This document shows, piece by piece, positions 1 through 9,385 of a stretch of DNA of 64,000 nucleotides. The notes beneath the pieces are model-generated. The model ran no database searches, was not told where the DNA came from, and saw nothing but the letters and a program-made list of their open reading frames with translations. The stretch spans positions 39,429 to 103,428 of the IMG/VR virus record IMGVR_UViG_3300048798_000032; one strand, written 5' to 3'. Every line of letters starts with the position of its first letter. Position 1 is the first letter of the stretch. The position numbers and the translations under genes were made by a program. Source of the stretch: a virus.

Positions 1-94
1 TAAGGGGAAGACATGGAGCCGGGTGTACCTGTACCCGTTGCTGGCGGCGGGCGGAAGCTAATGCCCGCAGCCGTGAATACGAGGGGCGGTCCTG

Positions 95-610
95 GTGAGC
101 CTCCGCATTGTGCCTGTCACCTATGAGACTGCGGCCGGATTCAACCGGATGTGGCATCGCACCCACGAACGCCCCCCCCCATCACACAAGTTCTCTATCG
201 GGGTGGCTGACGACATGGACATCTTGCGGGGTGTGGCCATCGTCGGCCGCCCGGTCTCCCGTTTCTACGACAACGGCCTGACACTAGAAGTCAACCGGAC
301 AGCCACGGATGGCACGAGGAACGCCAACTCAATGCTGTACGGCTCGTGCTGGAATGCGGCAAAAGCACTTGGGTTCCGGCGGCTGATCACCTACAACGTG
401 ACGCCCACCGAGGGGCCAGCGTGTGAGGGTACCTGCCCTCATGAGTCCTGTTTCATAATCCGCGCCAGCGAATCAGGGGCAAGCCTGAAAGGTGCCGGGT
501 GGGTAATCATCGCGCAGCGCCCACCACGGCCCGGCTGGGACACACCCTCGCGCCCGCGTGAATCGCGTGGTGCCGACTGTCTTCCCCGCACCCTATGGGA
601 GGCATCGTGA
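95..610 (+). CDS. XF1762-family protein (GNAT/Mom-like, possible DNA modification)
   Basis: HKFSIGV..GVAIVGRPVSR..DNGLTLEVNR..DGTRNANSMLYG..AKALGFRRLITY..ESGASLKGAGW matches the family pattern from memory. Confidence 0.75.
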   Translation: MSLRIVPVTYETAAGFNRMWHRTHERPPPSHKFSIGVADDMDILRGVAIVGRPVSRFYDNGLTLEVNRTATDGTRNANSMLYGSCWNAAKALGFRRLITYNVTPTEGPACEGTCPHESCFIIRASESGASLKGAGWVIIAQRPPRPGWDTPSRPRESRGADCLPRTLWEAS

Positions 611-1421
611 AGCGCAACCTCTTCAGTGCCGCTTCTGTCCTCGCCGCGCTTTCGTTTATCGCCACCATCTACCGGAAGGCTGCCCGGCCACATATACCCG
701 GATTGCCTGAAGATGGTGAGCCTCTTTCCGGTCAGGAAGTACGGCGCTGGATAGGTATCCGGCAGACCTATGAAGCAGTGGATATCAGTGAACCCGTAAC
801 CCCGCACCGAGGGGAGGGTAGATGAGCGCCGCATTGAAGCCGCCCTTTCCCGCCGGGGGGATTATCCGTTACTGCCCTCATTGCAGGCAGCCATGGCCGG
901 TACCTGATACCTGCGAATGCGATCACGGCAAGACAGTTCACAACCTCAGCAAGGACGGGAAGCAGCGCACAGAGTGCTCTGTGTTCACCGTGGAGGGTCC
1001 TTGCGGGTGCACGGAATACACCCCTGCGGAGGTGCCCAGTGGCACTTGAAAGTGACATCCGCATGGCAGACGAGGCAGGCAGGTCGCGGTCAACCCTGGA
1101 CAGCAGTTACGCCGAGGCACGGGCACTTGCGCTGATCGGGAGTGCGGGGACTACGGCAGAGCAGGACCGGGCAGCGGCGCTCACGCTGGCGGAATGGGCA
1201 CGTGACGGAAACGAGTTGGCGGACTGGCTCGAAATGTGCGGGCTGGCACGACCGAAAAGCGCGGCGACGGGAGTAAGGTCATGAGGCAATTCTATCGTAA
1301 ATGGCGCTGGATTGCACTGGAGAATGCCTCCACTATGCTACCGTGGGAATGGTGGCGAGTGCGCGTTGACCCATTCTGCCGAGGCTGGCAGAAAGCCGTG
1401 CGGAATGGGGAGATAGGGTGA
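607..1421 (+). other. four small coupled hypothetical ORFs (607-825, 822-1049 Cys-rich, 1039-1284, 1281-1421)
   Basis: stop/start overlaps typical of phage operons. Confidence 0.55.
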
Positions 1422-1539
1422 AGAAAGCCCTTCCCGTTGCTGCGGGTTTGACCATTCTGGCCGCCATTTTCGCACGTTCCGGCTATCGCTGGGCATTGCG
1501 CCATGACTGTCTTGGCTGCGAATTGTGGAATGGTGCGGC

Positions 1540-3210
1540 ATGACCCCTCTTAATTCCCATTCACCCGGCCGGGTAGCTGGGGAAGGGTACCCGGCCGGTG
1601 GAGGGCCCGGCGTCAACCTGGATCTGTTCGGCGGCCCTGGTGGGTGGGCCGAGGCCCTGGCCGCGCTCGGCCTGACTGAGATCGGGATCGAGCTCGACGC
1701 GGCAGCGTGCGCGACCCGCCGGGCCGCAGGCCACCTAACGATCCGGGCCAGCGTCGCGGCCTTCCCGGTTGAGCAGCTCGCCGGGCGCGTGCGCGGGCTA
1801 GCAGGCAGTCCCCCTTGCACCACTTTTTCGCAGGCTGGCCTTGGTGCGGGTGTCAGGGTCATGGAGATCCTCGCTCTGGCCATCCGTGACGCGCTCGCTG
1901 GCCGCAAGACAAGGGCGCGGCGGATGCGGGAGATGGCCCGTGCGCTCCGTGCCGCCTGGTGGACCGACGCGAAAGTCAAACTCGATGCTCGGCTCACCCG
2001 CGCGGAACGGTCGGCGCGCATCTGGAAGGCCGTCAGGTCGGCCGCCCTGGTCATCGAGCCCGCGCGGTACATCCACGCGTGCCGTCCCGAGTGGATAGCG
2101 CTGGAGCAGGTTCCCGCCGTCCTGCCGCTGTGGCAGGCGTACGCCACCGAACTCCGCAAGCTGGGCTACTCGGTATGGGTGGGCAAGCTCAACGCCGCAG
2201 ATTTTGGTGTGCCGCAGACCCGCGTCAGGGCCATCCTCATCGCCAGCCGGGTACGGAAGGTCACGGTGCCGGAGCCGACCCACTACGACCCGCGCAAGGG
2301 TGATCAGCTCTGGGGTGAGCACTGGGTCAGCATGGCCGAGGCGCTCGGCATAGGCGCGACCGGCCGCCCGGCACCCTCCGTGACCGCCGGTGGAACGTCT
2401 ACCGGGGGTGCCGAGCCGTTCGCCCGCGGTGGCCGGGGCGCGCTCGAGGCCGAGCGGGACGCCGGCCGGTGGGTGCTGCGGATGGACACCCAGGCGCACG
2501 CGTCCGTCCGTGACGTGACAGCGCCAGCGCCAGCGCTGAAGATTGGCCATTCTGCTGCGGATTGTCAATGGGTGCTGCTGCACACCAACCGTGACCAGCG
2601 TCCCGATGGCACCCGGCAGACCGCAGACCCGCATACCGCGCCCGCGCCCGCGCCCGCGCTGACGAGCAAATCGGGTGGCCAGTGGGAACTGCACCGCAGC
2701 AGGGGCGCGAGTGTCAGCCGCCGCGACCATCCCGCCGATGAGCCAGCACCAACGATTACCGGCGCTGGCGGCAAGCCTGGCGGCAACCTGACGTGGAAAC
2801 TCCGCAACAACAACAACAACAACAACGCGTGTGAACGGTCAACCGATGAACCGGCTGGGACGTTGTTCTTTGGCCAGCGGTCCAACTGGGCGGCATGGGT
2901 GACCGAGCGCCCGGCAACGACCGTTCAGGGCGACCCGCGGATCGGCCGGCCGGGGCACAAGGGCCCCGAGTCCGGTGGCGAGTCACAGTTCGCCGTGGAC
3001 TCCGTCCGCATCACGGTCACCGAGGCTGCGGTACTCCAGTCGTTCAGGCCGGACTATCCGTTCCAGGGGACTAAGTCGGCGCGGTTCCGGCAAGTGGGCG
3101 ACGCCTGGTGCCCGCTGGCGGCTATCGCTGTGGTCGGCGTGGCTACCGGTATCGACTGGCGCCCGGTCGCTGAGAAGTACACCGAGTCGTGCCGGGAGCA
3201 GGCCGCATGA
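1540..3210 (+). CDS. DNA cytosine-5 methyltransferase with expanded, repetitive variable region
   Basis: motif I DLFGGPGG, motif IV GSPPC, motif VI EQV, motif VIII QTRVR, C-terminal RQVGDA; start uncertain (1525 or 1540). Confidence 0.9.
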   Translation: MTPLNSHSPGRVAGEGYPAGGGPGVNLDLFGGPGGWAEALAALGLTEIGIELDAAACATRRAAGHLTIRASVAAFPVEQLAGRVRGLAGSPPCTTFSQAGLGAGVRVMEILALAIRDALAGRKTRARRMREMARALRAAWWTDAKVKLDARLTRAERSARIWKAVRSAALVIEPARYIHACRPEWIALEQVPAVLPLWQAYATELRKLGYSVWVGKLNAADFGVPQTRVRAILIASRVRKVTVPEPTHYDPRKGDQLWGEHWVSMAEALGIGATGRPAPSVTAGGTSTGGAEPFARGGRGALEAERDAGRWVLRMDTQAHASVRDVTAPAPALKIGHSAADCQWVLLHTNRDQRPDGTRQTADPHTAPAPAPALTSKSGGQWELHRSRGASVSRRDHPADEPAPTITGAGGKPGGNLTWKLRNNNNNNNACERSTDEPAGTLFFGQRSNWAAWVTERPATTVQGDPRIGRPGHKGPESGGESQFAVDSVRITVTEAAVLQSFRPDYPFQGTKSARFRQVGDAWCPLAAIAVVGVATGIDWRPVAEKYTESCREQAA

Positions 3211-3266
3211 ACAATCCCATCCCTCTATCCCCTCTAAGAGCAAAGCTCAGCGAGGAGGGGAGAGGG

Positions 3267-3470
3267 TCAGGAGTCGGCGGAGACCTTCTCGAACTCAGCC
3301 TGATAGCGGCGCACCTGCTCGCGGGTCAGCTTGAGCGTGGCCGCGATGTCGGCCTGCGTGATGTCGCTGCCGCGGGCCTCCACGATGGCGCGGCCGAGCG
3401 CGAGCCGGGTCTCTCTCACCTGCTCGCGGGCGGCCAGATAGGCGTCTCGCGCAGCAACGACGTTGGCCAT
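3267..3470 (-). CDS. small HTH regulator divergent from the pentamer-array locus
   Basis: ITQADIAATLKLTREQVRRY HTH; GGAAGG upstream of the ATG at 3470. Confidence 0.75.
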   Translation of the reverse strand: MANVVAARDAYLAAREQVRETRLALGRAIVEARGSDITQADIAATLKLTREQVRRYQAEFEKVSADS

Positions 3471-3540
3471 GGCACCGGTCACCTTCCGATTGTCACATGG
3501 ATGTGGCCTAGGGCAAGTATGCAACATAGACGGGTGCCAC

Positions 3541-3577
3541 GCAACATGTTGCACTGCCACATACTGTGTGGCATAGT
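3541..3577 (+). promoter_or_regulatory. sigma70-type promoter with palindromic operators upstream of the pentamer array
   Basis: TTGCAC(3549)-N17-CATAGT(3572); perfect palindrome GCAACATGTTGC 3541-3552; near-palindrome TGCCACATACTGTGTGGCA 3555-3573. Confidence 0.55.
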
Positions 3578-3589
3578 CGGGACCAGCGT

Positions 3590-3941
3590 GGCGAGGCCCG
3601 GCGGTGCGGGGCATGACCGGTCGCGGCTATGGCTAGCCCGGGTTGGGCGAGGCATGGATTCACCAGGGCGGATGGCATACAGCCGGGTTCGGGTCCCGGT
3701 CGCCCACGCTGGGCTTGGCAGGCCAGTGGCATCGCTGGCCCCGGCATGGTTCGGCTGGGCGCGTCATGGCTCGCCAAGGCCGGGCTAGGCAAGGAACTAC
3801 GGCCGACAGGAAGGCACTGGGGTTCGAGCCCTCAGCGGTCACGCAGGGTGCGGCAGGGCAGTGCCAGGCAGGCCCCGGCGCGGCTCGTTATGGCTGGGCA
3901 CGGCAGAACCCGGCTTGGTATGGCCCGGCAAGGCAAGGACG
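3590..3941 (+). ncRNA. GGY-NN pentamer array part 1: tracts 3590-3660, 3710-3797, 3845-3941, separated by tRNA-like hairpins 3666-3709 and 3801-3844
   Basis: tract 3 has 18 pentamers in perfect register from 3847 (14/18 begin GGY, 18/18 have a pyrimidine at position 3); separators have a 5-bp stem plus a T-arm. Confidence 0.8.
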
Positions 3942-3958
3942 CAACGAAAGGGAGAGCG

Positions 3959-4531
3959 ATGGACTTCCGGATCACGATCAAGGGCACGGACAGCTTGCTG
4001 ATGCACAATGCGCGGCTGGCCAATCCGCTCGACCCGGCCGCGAAAGCGGTCAAGAAGCTCACGGGCAAGCGGAACAAGACCGATGACGACTACGAGGAAC
4101 TCGCCCACGTTGAGTGGCAGGGGTCGTTCTACTTCGATCCCGACGTCGGCCCGTTCATCCCCGGCGACAACATCTGGCGTTCGCTCTATGACGCGGCCAA
4201 GAAGCACAAGAAGGGCCCGCGCATCAAGGAAGGCGTGTTCATCGCCACCAGCATCAACCCGATCGCCTATGCGGGTGCGCGCAGCCTGGACGCGCTGTGG
4301 GCTGACGAGAACTTCAAGCACTTCGCCTCGGTGAAAGTCGGCACGGCGCGGACCTCCCGCTGCCGCCCGATGTTCCGCCAGTGGAAGGTCGCAGCCGATG
4401 GCGTGCTGGACACGAATGTCATGGACCTAGCCGAACTCCAGCAGGTTGCCGAGACGGCCGGCTCACTGATCGGGCTAGGGGACTGGCGCCCGCGGTACGG
4501 CCGGTATGTGGCCGAGGTGGAGAAGGTCTAG
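3959..4531 (+). CDS. stand-alone Cas7/RAMP-like protein (Vipr-like), 190 aa
   Basis: RBS AAAGGGAGAG; N-terminal strand ITIKGTDSLLMHN, PFIPGDNIWRSLYDAA, RCRPMF, C-terminal Gly-rich loop AGSLIGLGDWRPRYGRY; flanked by pentamer arrays. Confidence 0.7.
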   Translation: MDFRITIKGTDSLLMHNARLANPLDPAAKAVKKLTGKRNKTDDDYEELAHVEWQGSFYFDPDVGPFIPGDNIWRSLYDAAKKHKKGPRIKEGVFIATSINPIAYAGARSLDALWADENFKHFASVKVGTARTSRCRPMFRQWKVAADGVLDTNVMDLAELQQVAETAGSLIGLGDWRPRYGRYVAEVEKV

Positions 4532-4536
4532 GTCTC

Positions 4537-4830
4537 ACCTGGGCGTGGCGGGGCGGCGCAAGGCAATCCCAGGCTTCGCGGGGCGTGGCCGGACAGTGCA
4601 CTCCTGGCCAAGGCAGCACCAGGGCTTGACAGGGCATTCAGGGTGACCGGCAGGCATCAGGGTTCAAGCCCCTGACACCCGCGCAGGGTGCGGCTTGCCT
4701 GGGCGAGTCGGGCCTGGGCGCGGCCATGCGAGACCGGTCACGGCCGGGCAGTACCTGGCTAGCCGAGGCAAGGAAGGGCGACATGGCAGACATCAGGGTC
4801 CGAGTCCCTGACGCCCACGCTAGGCATGGA
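4537..4830 (+). ncRNA. GGY-NN pentamer array part 2: tracts 4537-4637 and 4685-4775, separators 4641-4684 and 4776-4820
   Basis: tract 5 has 17 in-register pentamers, all with Y at position 3; separator spacing is 135 nt, the same as in part 1. Confidence 0.8.
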
Positions 4831-4854
4831 TACGCAAGACGGAAGGAATCAGGA

Positions 4855-5415
4855 ATGGCAGACAGGGCACCATTCGAGCCCATCGGAGAACAAGCCCGGT
4901 GGCGCGTGATCTATGAGGCACTGAAAGACGTCCCAGTGGGCGAGACGATTACCTACGAGCGTCTCGGGACTGTTCTCGATCTTGACCCGAAGGACGACCG
5001 GAGCGTCATTCAGCAGGCCATGCACCGCGCAGCCTACGAGTTGGAGACGCAGGACAAGCACGCGGTCGACTCGGTGCGCGGCATTGGCTACCGCGTCGTA
5101 GAGCCTGTAGAGCACATGGGCCTAGCGGTCAGGCAGCAGAAGCGTTCCCGCAGGGCCTTGGAGCGCGGCCAGTCCAAGGTTGTCAACGTGGACCTCACTG
5201 GCATGGAACCGGAAATCCGCAAGGCGTTTGAGGTGCTAGCGACCGGGTTCGCACTTCAGGCCGACTTTAACCGCCGCATCGAGAACCGGCAGGCGCGACT
5301 GGACCGGGCACTGCGTGAGATCAGCGACACGCAGGACACCGACCGCAAGCACAGCGACGAGGAGATCACCGAACTCCGCGAACGGCTGGCGCGGCTTGAA
5401 GCGGGCACTACCTGA
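4855..5415 (+). CDS. winged-helix plus coiled-coil protein within the array locus
   Basis: GETITYERL...VRGIGYRVV wing motif, C-terminal heptad helix; the ORF-track extension to 4726 runs through the RNA array. Confidence 0.65.
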   Translation: MADRAPFEPIGEQARWRVIYEALKDVPVGETITYERLGTVLDLDPKDDRSVIQQAMHRAAYELETQDKHAVDSVRGIGYRVVEPVEHMGLAVRQQKRSRRALERGQSKVVNVDLTGMEPEIRKAFEVLATGFALQADFNRRIENRQARLDRALREISDTQDTDRKHSDEEITELRERLARLEAGTT

Positions 5416-5424
5416 GTCTTCTGG

Positions 5425-5479
5425 GGCAACGCGTGGCTGGGCACAGCTAGGCGAGTCCAGGCGTGGCGCGGCATGGCAA
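5425..5479 (+). repeat. sixth GGY-NN pentamer tract (11 units)
   Basis: GGCAA CGCGT GGCTG GGCAC AGCTA GGCGA GTCCA GGCGT GGCGC GGCAT GGCAA. Confidence 0.75.
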
Positions 5480-5503
5480 CTACAAGCGGGAAGGTGGCCT
5501 TAG

Positions 5504-6466
5504 TTGGCCCGCATCCGGAGCATCAAGCCCGAGGCGTTCACGTCAGAAACGCTGGCCAGCCGCCATGTTCATGCGCGGTGGACGTTTGCCGGGCTGTGGT
5601 GCTACGTGGATGACGAGGGTCGCGGGCTGGCGAATCCCGGTCTTATCAAGGCTGCCGTTTGGCCGCTAGATGACGACATTTCAGTAACCCAGGTGGGCGC
5701 ATTTCTGGATGACCTTGAAGCCGCCTATGTGATCTGCCGCTACGAAGTTGACGGTAAGCGATACCTGCATGTCGTCAACTTCGGGGAGCACCAGCACCCG
5801 AACCGGCCGCTCCCCAGTAAGTTGCCCGCCTGCTCACGGAGGACTCACGGAGGACTCAGTGAGCAGGCAGTACGCACTCATCCGGAAGGCCCTGGCGGTG
5901 CTCCTGGCACCCCGGCGGCATCTTCTGAGGCCACGACCACCGAAACCGGGATCCAGGGCGACATAGGCGCAGGTCAAGACCCACTCACTGAGGACTCAGT
6001 GAGTGGTCACGGAGTTGTTAATCCAAAGCCGTCCGGTACCCCTCCTACTCCTCTCCGTTACGAACAAGGAGAAGGAGATGGAGGGGGAGATGGAGTTCAG
6101 CAGGCTACGCCTGCTGCCGCGAAGGACTCGCGGCAGCTCACGGTCACGCAGCGCTCAAAAAGGCTTACCGACGCCTATGCCGAAGCCGAGCCGATGTGCA
6201 AGTGGCCGGCCGTGAACACCGCCGTCATCCGGGCAATCAAAACCGAGAAGTACGCCGACGAGGAAATCCGCGACGCCCTGCTGCGAATGGCCAAGGACGG
6301 CACGGGCGTGACCATTGAGTCGCTGCGGGTCGAGCTGGCCGGCTTCGGCAAGCGTGGCTCTGGCCAGCAGTCCGCTACAAGCCAATCCACGGGGGCCGAC
6401 CGTGCCCGTGCTGCCCGTGAGGCGGGCCAGCGTGTTCAGGCAATGCTCGAAGGAGGGAACCGGTGA
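5504..6466 (+). CDS. phage replication initiator / replisome organizer
   Basis: MARIRSIKPEAF..LWCYVDDEGRG..YLHVVNFGEHQHPNRP N-terminus followed by a low-complexity linker. Confidence 0.7.
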   Translation: MARIRSIKPEAFTSETLASRHVHARWTFAGLWCYVDDEGRGLANPGLIKAAVWPLDDDISVTQVGAFLDDLEAAYVICRYEVDGKRYLHVVNFGEHQHPNRPLPSKLPACSRRTHGGLSEQAVRTHPEGPGGAPGTPAASSEATTTETGIQGDIGAGQDPLTEDSVSGHGVVNPKPSGTPPTPLRYEQGEGDGGGDGVQQATPAAAKDSRQLTVTQRSKRLTDAYAEAEPMCKWPAVNTAVIRAIKTEKYADEEIRDALLRMAKDGTGVTIESLRVELAGFGKRGSGQQSATSQSTGADRARAAREAGQRVQAMLEGGNR

Positions 6467-6957
6467 ACGCTGCCGAGATCGGGGACCTGCTCGGCTTCGC
6501 CGCGCTCTACGACAACCGCAAGGCGTCCGACCCGGATGTCATGGCTTGGCTCAAGGCCATCGGTGATCTGCCCTATGCGGACTGCGAAGCCGCGATTGCC
6601 GCGCACTACGGCGACAGCACCGAGCGCGTCATGCCGGGCCACATCCGCACGCGGGTCAAGGCGGTCCGTGCCGAACGTCTCGCCCGGACTCCACTGGCCC
6701 CTCCGGCCCCATCACTCACCGAGCAGCCGTCGCTCTACCGGGAAGCCCTGCGCCGGCAGGTTCAGCGCCTCGCTGACGGGTTCGCGGTCCCGGCCGCCAT
6801 CAAGGGCGCACCGGGGGACGGGGAGCCGCCAGCGGAGTACGTGGCCGCACGGAAGGCCCCGCCTGACGCCGAGCCACCGAAGCCGGATCCGCAGGCGATC
6901 GCCCGCGAGCAGGTGGCCGAATCCCGCAAGGAACGGCGGGAGGGGTGGCCGTCGTGA
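6463..6957 (+). CDS. putative helicase loader/inhibitor-like protein
   Basis: AALYDNRK..DVMAW..AIAAHY..VMPGHI pattern, directly after the initiator. Confidence 0.55.
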   Translation: MNAAEIGDLLGFAALYDNRKASDPDVMAWLKAIGDLPYADCEAAIAAHYGDSTERVMPGHIRTRVKAVRAERLARTPLAPPAPSLTEQPSLYREALRRQVQRLADGFAVPAAIKGAPGDGEPPAEYVAARKAPPDAEPPKPDPQAIAREQVAESRKERREGWPS

Positions 6958-7366
6958 CCGAGGCCGAGGTCCGCGAGCTGCTGAACGTCTGCGGCGAGTA
7001 CGACGGCACCGAGTACGGGGAACCCGCGGTGGTGTTCTGGGCTGAGGCCCCGGACTGCCGGTGGCTGCCGAACCTGGCCTGCGACGAGGCTCCCGCCGCA
7101 GCAAAGATCGCGAGCCTGCTCCTCGGTGATCGGCGTCCCAAGAATCCCGCCGCGTACTGCCGCAAAGCCATCCAGAGCGACCCTGATCCGGTAGCCCGGT
7201 TCGCCATCCCGCCGCTGGCATGGCCGCCCTGGTGCGGCGAGTGCGATGAGCGCGACCGGACCCGCGAGACCGAACCGCGGCCCGGTGCCGTAGTCACCGT
7301 CGAACGGTGCCCGAACTGCCACCCCCTGCGAGACGCAGACCCCAACCCTCCACGAGGAGCAACGGC

Positions 7367-7370
<4 letters not shown>
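6954..7370 (+). CDS. hypothetical protein with C-terminal Zn finger
   Basis: WCGECD..RCPNCHP; coupled to neighbours. Confidence 0.6.
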
Positions 7371-8292
<922 letters not shown>

Positions 8293-8296
<4 letters not shown>

Positions 8297-8631
8297 CCAC
8301 CTCCACCTCATCCATCAACGAACTCGTCGCGTTCGCGCTTGCCGAACGTGAAACCTGGACCGAGGCCGGCCTCCGGGCCGCACTTGCCTCCGCGGCCGCC
8401 AGTGGCTGGCCCTACCGGCAGGCCGCCGCCGAGGTTTGCCGCCTGGTGTTCATCGATGATGCCACCCCGCAGGCCCTTGTCGAGGCCAGCCGGAACCCGG
8501 TCAAGGCCCTGCGTCACCAGCCGAAGCCCGCTCCTGGCACCGAAGTACGGGGCGCTGCGCTGGCACGGGAAGCACTCCAGCACCGGCATGACGGTGCCCG
8601 GTGGACGTGGGAAGCGATCACTGATGCATGA
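8293..8631 (+). CDS. hypothetical protein
   Basis: coupled ORF. Confidence 0.55.
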
Positions 8632-9301
8632 CCCCGATCCCGCTGCTGGCCTCGTGCTTACCGATCCTGAGCACGAACCAGGCCTGGTTGCGGCCGTCGT
8701 CAACCTGGGCCGTCTGGCGCTCGCGTTCGGCCGCATCGACCGGACCGCCTGCTATCACCCAGACGGCGCGACCAGGGAGTCCGACAGCGACCACACGGTG
8801 ATGCTCGGGTGGCTTGCCCCCGCGCTGGCCACGCGCTGGCTCCCGCAGCTTGACGTCGGCCTGGTGGCCCAATTCGCGCTGATCCACGACATGCCCGAGG
8901 TGTACGCCGGGGACACGCCGACACTGCGGATCAGCGACGAGGGCCGCGCCGCCAAGGCCGAACGGGAAGCCGCCGCCGTCGACCGGCTTCGTGGCGAGTT
9001 CGGCTACCACCTCTGGTGGGTGACGAACACCCTGGACCGCTACGAGGCGCAGGTTGAACCCGAAGCGCGGTTCGTACGCGGCCTGGACAAGTGCCTGCCG
9101 AAGATCGTCCACCTGCTCGACGGCGCGGCCGGCCTTCGCGAGGAGCGGATGGGCAGCACCGAACTTGCCGGGGTGTTTGCCCGGCAGGAAGCCGACATGG
9201 CCCGGTACGTGGGTGAGTTCACCGACCTGATGGACCTCCGCGCCGAACTGGTACGCCAAGTCGTCGCGCTCGTTGCCGAAAGCGAGACAGCCAGTGCCTG
9301 A
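8624..9301 (+). CDS. HD-domain phosphohydrolase (YfbR/HD_3-like)
   Basis: ESDSDHT, ALIHDMPEVYAGD, EARFVRGLDK. Confidence 0.85.
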   Translation: MHDPDPAAGLVLTDPEHEPGLVAAVVNLGRLALAFGRIDRTACYHPDGATRESDSDHTVMLGWLAPALATRWLPQLDVGLVAQFALIHDMPEVYAGDTPTLRISDEGRAAKAEREAAAVDRLRGEFGYHLWWVTNTLDRYEAQVEPEARFVRGLDKCLPKIVHLLDGAAGLREERMGSTELAGVFARQEADMARYVGEFTDLMDLRAELVRQVVALVAESETASA

Positions 9302-9385
9302 GACCACCCTTGCCGGCTATGGCGCGTTCCTGGACGCTAAGGCCCGGCTGGCACCGTGCCGGCGCGCGGAGAGGAGGGGCGTGTG

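Noticed and set aside
172-180. C9 run as a phase-variation switch
   Set aside because: In frame and encodes Pro; no evidence of variation from one sequence
3480-3580. Self-target of the NN code in the adjacent promoter
   Set aside because: Only a short partial gapped match by eye; a full search was not possible
3629-3958. N-terminal extension of the RAMP-like ORF and other ORFs over the pentamer tracts (including 4726-4854)
   Set aside because: Translations are repeat-derived (ARHG/AWLG-like); good RBSs precede ATG 3959 and ATG 4855
3666-4820. Separators as true tRNA genes
   Set aside because: About 44 nt, with no anticodon arm or full D arm
3590-5479. Canonical CRISPR array
   Set aside because: No identical 25-40 nt repeats with unique spacers and no cas1/cas2; the periodicity is 5 nt
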